Below, piece after piece: positions 24,817 to 27,512 of a stretch of 27,512 bases of DNA; the first letter of the stretch is position 1, and every line of letters starts with the position of its first letter. The notes under the pieces were generated by a model. The model had not been told where the DNA came from. It saw only the letters and a list, made by a program, of their open reading frames with translations, and ran no database searches. Made by a program: the position numbers and the translations under genes. Source of the stretch: Pseudomonadota bacterium (lineage in GTDB: Bacteria > UBA10199 > 2-02-FULL-44-16 > JAAZCA01); assembly GCA_043798915.1 (NCBI GenBank), contig JAZDOG010000015.1, positions 1-27,512 on the forward strand, written 5' to 3'.

Positions 24817-27512
24817 ATGGGAGGCGCTGGCAAGGAAATAACATGCTCAAGCTGCCACAGTATTTCACGGAAAAGAACCGCGCTCGATTTATCATCCGGC
24901 GAGAAGGAAATAATAAACGCATTCGCAATGCATGAGAGGAGCGCAGCCGCGCCCTCGCATCTTCCCGATGAGTTTCAATTCGTCGCTCGAAGCATGCTCA
25001 CCGGCATGAATGCTTTTAATATGCCGGTGATGAACATGAAGTGCCTGGGGCCTCTGAACGATTCCACGATAGTTCCTTACGCGGCAGCGGTTGAATCCGA
25101 TGGCGGGAAGGTCGACCCGCTTCGGGGAGAGCCCTTCGCGGCGCTTCCCGCTGCGATCTCGGGTGAGAACGGGTCTGCCGGCGCAGGCGCGCTCGATTCA
25201 TATGTGAGAGATCTCCATCATCGAATGGGCATCGATGGGCTTGAGGGGAGGATCAAGCAGCTTTCCTCCGGCGAAGACGAGCATTATGCCAGGATGAAAG
25301 AGGCCATCAAGGCAAGGTACGTCGCCAGAACGGTCATCTCCTGCCACGACGGCAATTATCGCGATCCGGAGCTTGTGCGGCAGGAACAAACCGCGCTGAA
25401 GGCGCTCGACGAGGCCCGCAGCTCCGACGTCGACGTCCTCACGGATATCCGCGACAGGCTGGTGAAAAAGCTGGAGGACAATGTCCTTCTTGCCGTGCGG
25501 ACGGCCCTCTCTCCTGAGGACGCAAAGAGAATCGACCTCGCTTTGAGCGCCGACGTTCATTCCGTCTTCGCGACCATATTGGAATCGCTGGGCGAGAAAG
25601 ACGCCGCGATGAGGCAGTTTGCCCTGGCCGGCAACCAGGCTGCGGAGCAGACCGACGCGGTCTTCTACCAGCTGCGCGCCATGCAACAGCTCTCCGGCAG
25701 GGAGCTGGCTGGATGGAGGAATGAGCTTCGCGATATCCTGGAGAAGAAGCTTCCTGCCCTGGAGTCCGTCGCGCGAAAAACCGAGGCCAGATTTGCGGCA
25801 GTCGAGAAGACGAGCAGGGCGACGGAAGAATTGGTGGGACGGCTGATGATGGCGGAAGATGAATCTCATATCGCCGCCCTCATGCGGGAGTTCGAAGGCG
25901 AACACGGCGAGGAATTTTCGGCGCTGGCCGATCCATCCGACAGCGTTCCGATGCCGGTGCTTCCGATGCTCGAGGACCGGTCGGACGGCGTTTCCATGCG
26001 GGGTTTTGCGGATCCGATGGGCGGCGGTTTCGTGCCGGGGTTGCAGGGAGCGGATCAGGAGGAAATGGCCGTTTATGCCGACAGGCGGCCGCCGGGCTCT
26101 GCGGAAAAAGTTCATCCGACGTGGACCCTTGCATGGAAGCTCCTCTACGAAGCCGAACAGAGCGCCGAAGAGCCCGACCTCGACGCCCTGCTGGAGCTCG
26201 ACGGGAAATTTTTCAGGAAAGTCGGCGATCGTGTCGCCGAGACGAAGGGCCATGTGCCTTTGCAGGAGTCCGTGCTTTACGCCGGCAACGCGGGCCAGAT
26301 TCTCATGCGGGCCACTTCCCGGATGGGCCGCATCGAGAAAGAGCTGCTCGACGGAGGGAGAGGCAAGGCTGAAGGCGCCTTTGATTTCTACCGGCGCGGC
26401 GCCGAGACGGTGATGCGGTCCATGGCGGAACATGCGGAAGGCGATTCAGGGGCATGGGTGCGGGAGATGATCGCCGGGCTCGACATGCGGCTCAATTTCG
26501 ACGGCCGCATGGCTATGCACCGCTACGTGGATGCGATGGATGGTTCGTTGCCCAGACTCATCAAGGAGCACGGCGATACCGAGAGCGCTCAGGACCGCTT
26601 CAAGGCGCTCAAGGAACTCTATCCGGACCACTTCACGCGGGAGGGCGCAGTTCTGGCCGGCGTGGATTTTTCGAAGACCGATGAGGGGCGCGACGCGGCT
26701 GCTCGCGAGCGCTCGCTCTATCTCACCAATGGCGACATAACCACGGACATGCTGGTGACAGCCGCCGGCAGTCTTGCGGGCGCCGGCCTGGGGTGTGTCG
26801 TGGGCGGCATCATATGCGGCGCGGCGGGCACCGTGGAACCAGGGGGGGGAAACGCCGCAGGGGCAACCATTGGATGCAAGGTCGGGGCGTACATCGGCGG
26901 GGTGCTTGGCGGCGCAGGTTCCGAGGCGGCCAACATGGCCTATAATGTGTCCAGGCATGCCGACGATGTCGAGGCGGCCCGAAGGTCCGGTGTGACGCTT
27001 GTGACAAGACAGGAGCACGATCGCTACAGAATGATGGCGGGCGTTTATCTCGGGGGCGCAGCAGCAAGCGGGCTGCTCTTTGCGAGGCCCGGCATGCTGC
27101 TTGGCGGCAGCGCGATCAAGGCGTCCTCGGCTGTGGCCGGGCGCTACGTAGCGGCAGGCGGAGCGCGCGGGATTGCGGAGGCGGCGTCCGGCGCGATCCG
27201 ATCCGGCATCAGGGCCACGGGCGACGTGTTTCGATTCACGTTTGAGAGCCCCAGGCTCGCCTTTGCGACCGCTGCTGAAGGCGCTGGAGGAATGATGGAG
27301 CGCGGGATTGAGGGGCTGACACGGCATATCTCGCAGTTCGAGATTAAATCGGAGGTTCCGAAGGCGATGCTCCGGTTCCTCTTCGGCACCGGTGGAGCTC
27401 GTCTTTCGGAAGCGGAACTCAAGCAATCATTCTGGATCCGTCAGTTGATCATTCATGGAATGAGGGCAGCAGAGGATGGGTCGCTCAAATTTCAAAGCTG
27501 GAGGAAGGGTTT
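24817..27512 (+). CDS. Giant hypothetical protein (>898 aa, runs off the window), paralog of 17177-22063; absent from the supplied ORF track
   Basis: Manual translation from ATG 24817 (RBS GAGGAG) has no stop to the window end: MGGAGKEITCSSCHSISRKRTALD... with many blocks matching the 1628-aa protein and a glycine-zipper segment at about 26760-26920. Confidence 0.88.
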   Translation, partial: MGGAGKEITCSSCHSISRKRTALDLSSGEKEIINAFAMHERSAAAPSHLPDEFQFVARSMLTGMNAFNMPVMNMKCLGPLNDSTIVPYAAAVESDGGKVDPLRGEPFAALPAAISGENGSAGAGALDSYVRDLHHRMGIDGLEGRIKQLSSGEDEHYARMKEAIKARYVARTVISCHDGNYRDPELVRQEQTALKALDEARSSDVDVLTDIRDRLVKKLEDNVLLAVRTALSPEDAKRIDLALSADVHSVFATILESLGEKDAAMRQFALAGNQAAEQTDAVFYQLRAMQQLSGRELAGWRNELRDILEKKLPALESVARKTEARFAAVEKTSRATEELVGRLMMAEDESHIAALMREFEGEHGEEFSALADPSDSVPMPVLPMLEDRSDGVSMRGFADPMGGGFVPGLQGADQEEMAVYADRRPPGSAEKVHPTWTLAWKLLYEAEQSAEEPDLDALLELDGKFFRKVGDRVAETKGHVPLQESVLYAGNAGQILMRATSRMGRIEKELLDGGRGKAEGAFDFYRRGAETVMRSMAEHAEGDSGAWVREMIAGLDMRLNFDGRMAMHRYVDAMDGSLPRLIKEHGDTESAQDRFKALKELYPDHFTREGAVLAGVDFSKTDEGRDAAARERSLYLTNGDITTDMLVTAAGSLAGAGLGCVVGGIICGAAGTVEPGGGNAAGATIGCKVGAYIGGVLGGAGSEAANMAYNVSRHADDVEAARRSGVTLVTRQEHDRYRMMAGVYLGGAAASGLLFARPGMLLGGSAIKASSAVAGRYVAAGGARGIAEAASGAIRSGIRATGDVFRFTFESPRLAFATAAEGAGGMMERGIEGLTRHISQFEIKSEVPKAMLRFLFGTGGARLSEAELKQSFWIRQLIIHGMRAAEDGSLKFQSWRKG

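Noticed and set aside
25198..27426. Minus-strand ORFs 25198-26433 (411 aa) and 26446-27426 (326 aa) from the track
   Set aside because: Antisense shadows of the plus-strand ORF starting at 24817, which has an RBS, a promoter and clear paralogy to 17177-22063.

Overview
GC-rich bacterial window; the lineage cannot be fixed from sequence alone (a deltaproteobacteria-like group is only a guess). The left third carries a RAYT/IS200-like HUH transposase (truncated at the window start) that collides with a minus-strand run: GH13 alpha-glucan enzyme, then an apparent operon of GPH/MFS sugar transporter, maltokinase, GlgA/GlgM-type glucosyltransferase and FtcD. The rest is an accessory region of large orphan proteins mixed with a few recognisable genes: a DUF4380-like protein, a HEAT protein, a DUF5678-like + retropepsin pair, a UhpC/GlpT-type transporter and an FGE-sulfatase (C-type lectin fold) protein. 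The main observation is a paralogous family of giant proteins: 17177-22063, an ORF missing from the supplied track at 24817->27512, and more distantly 9962-12883. They share a helical N-terminal region and a Gly-rich hydrophobic core but have no recognisable similarity in their C-terminal parts. The two closest members start with MG-x-x-GK...TCSSCH and have homologous 5' leaders. A repeated sigma-28/FliA-like promoter (GCAACTTT-N11-GCCGATAA-like) precedes several of the orphan genes, suggesting a co-regulated secreted effector/toxin repertoire (inference). Other items: a membrane-anchored degenerate ClpB-like AAA protein, a promoter-sORF-terminator unit upstream of the GH13 gene, REP-like repeats and an egsA-like gene remnant. 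No rRNA, tRNA or CRISPR array was seen.
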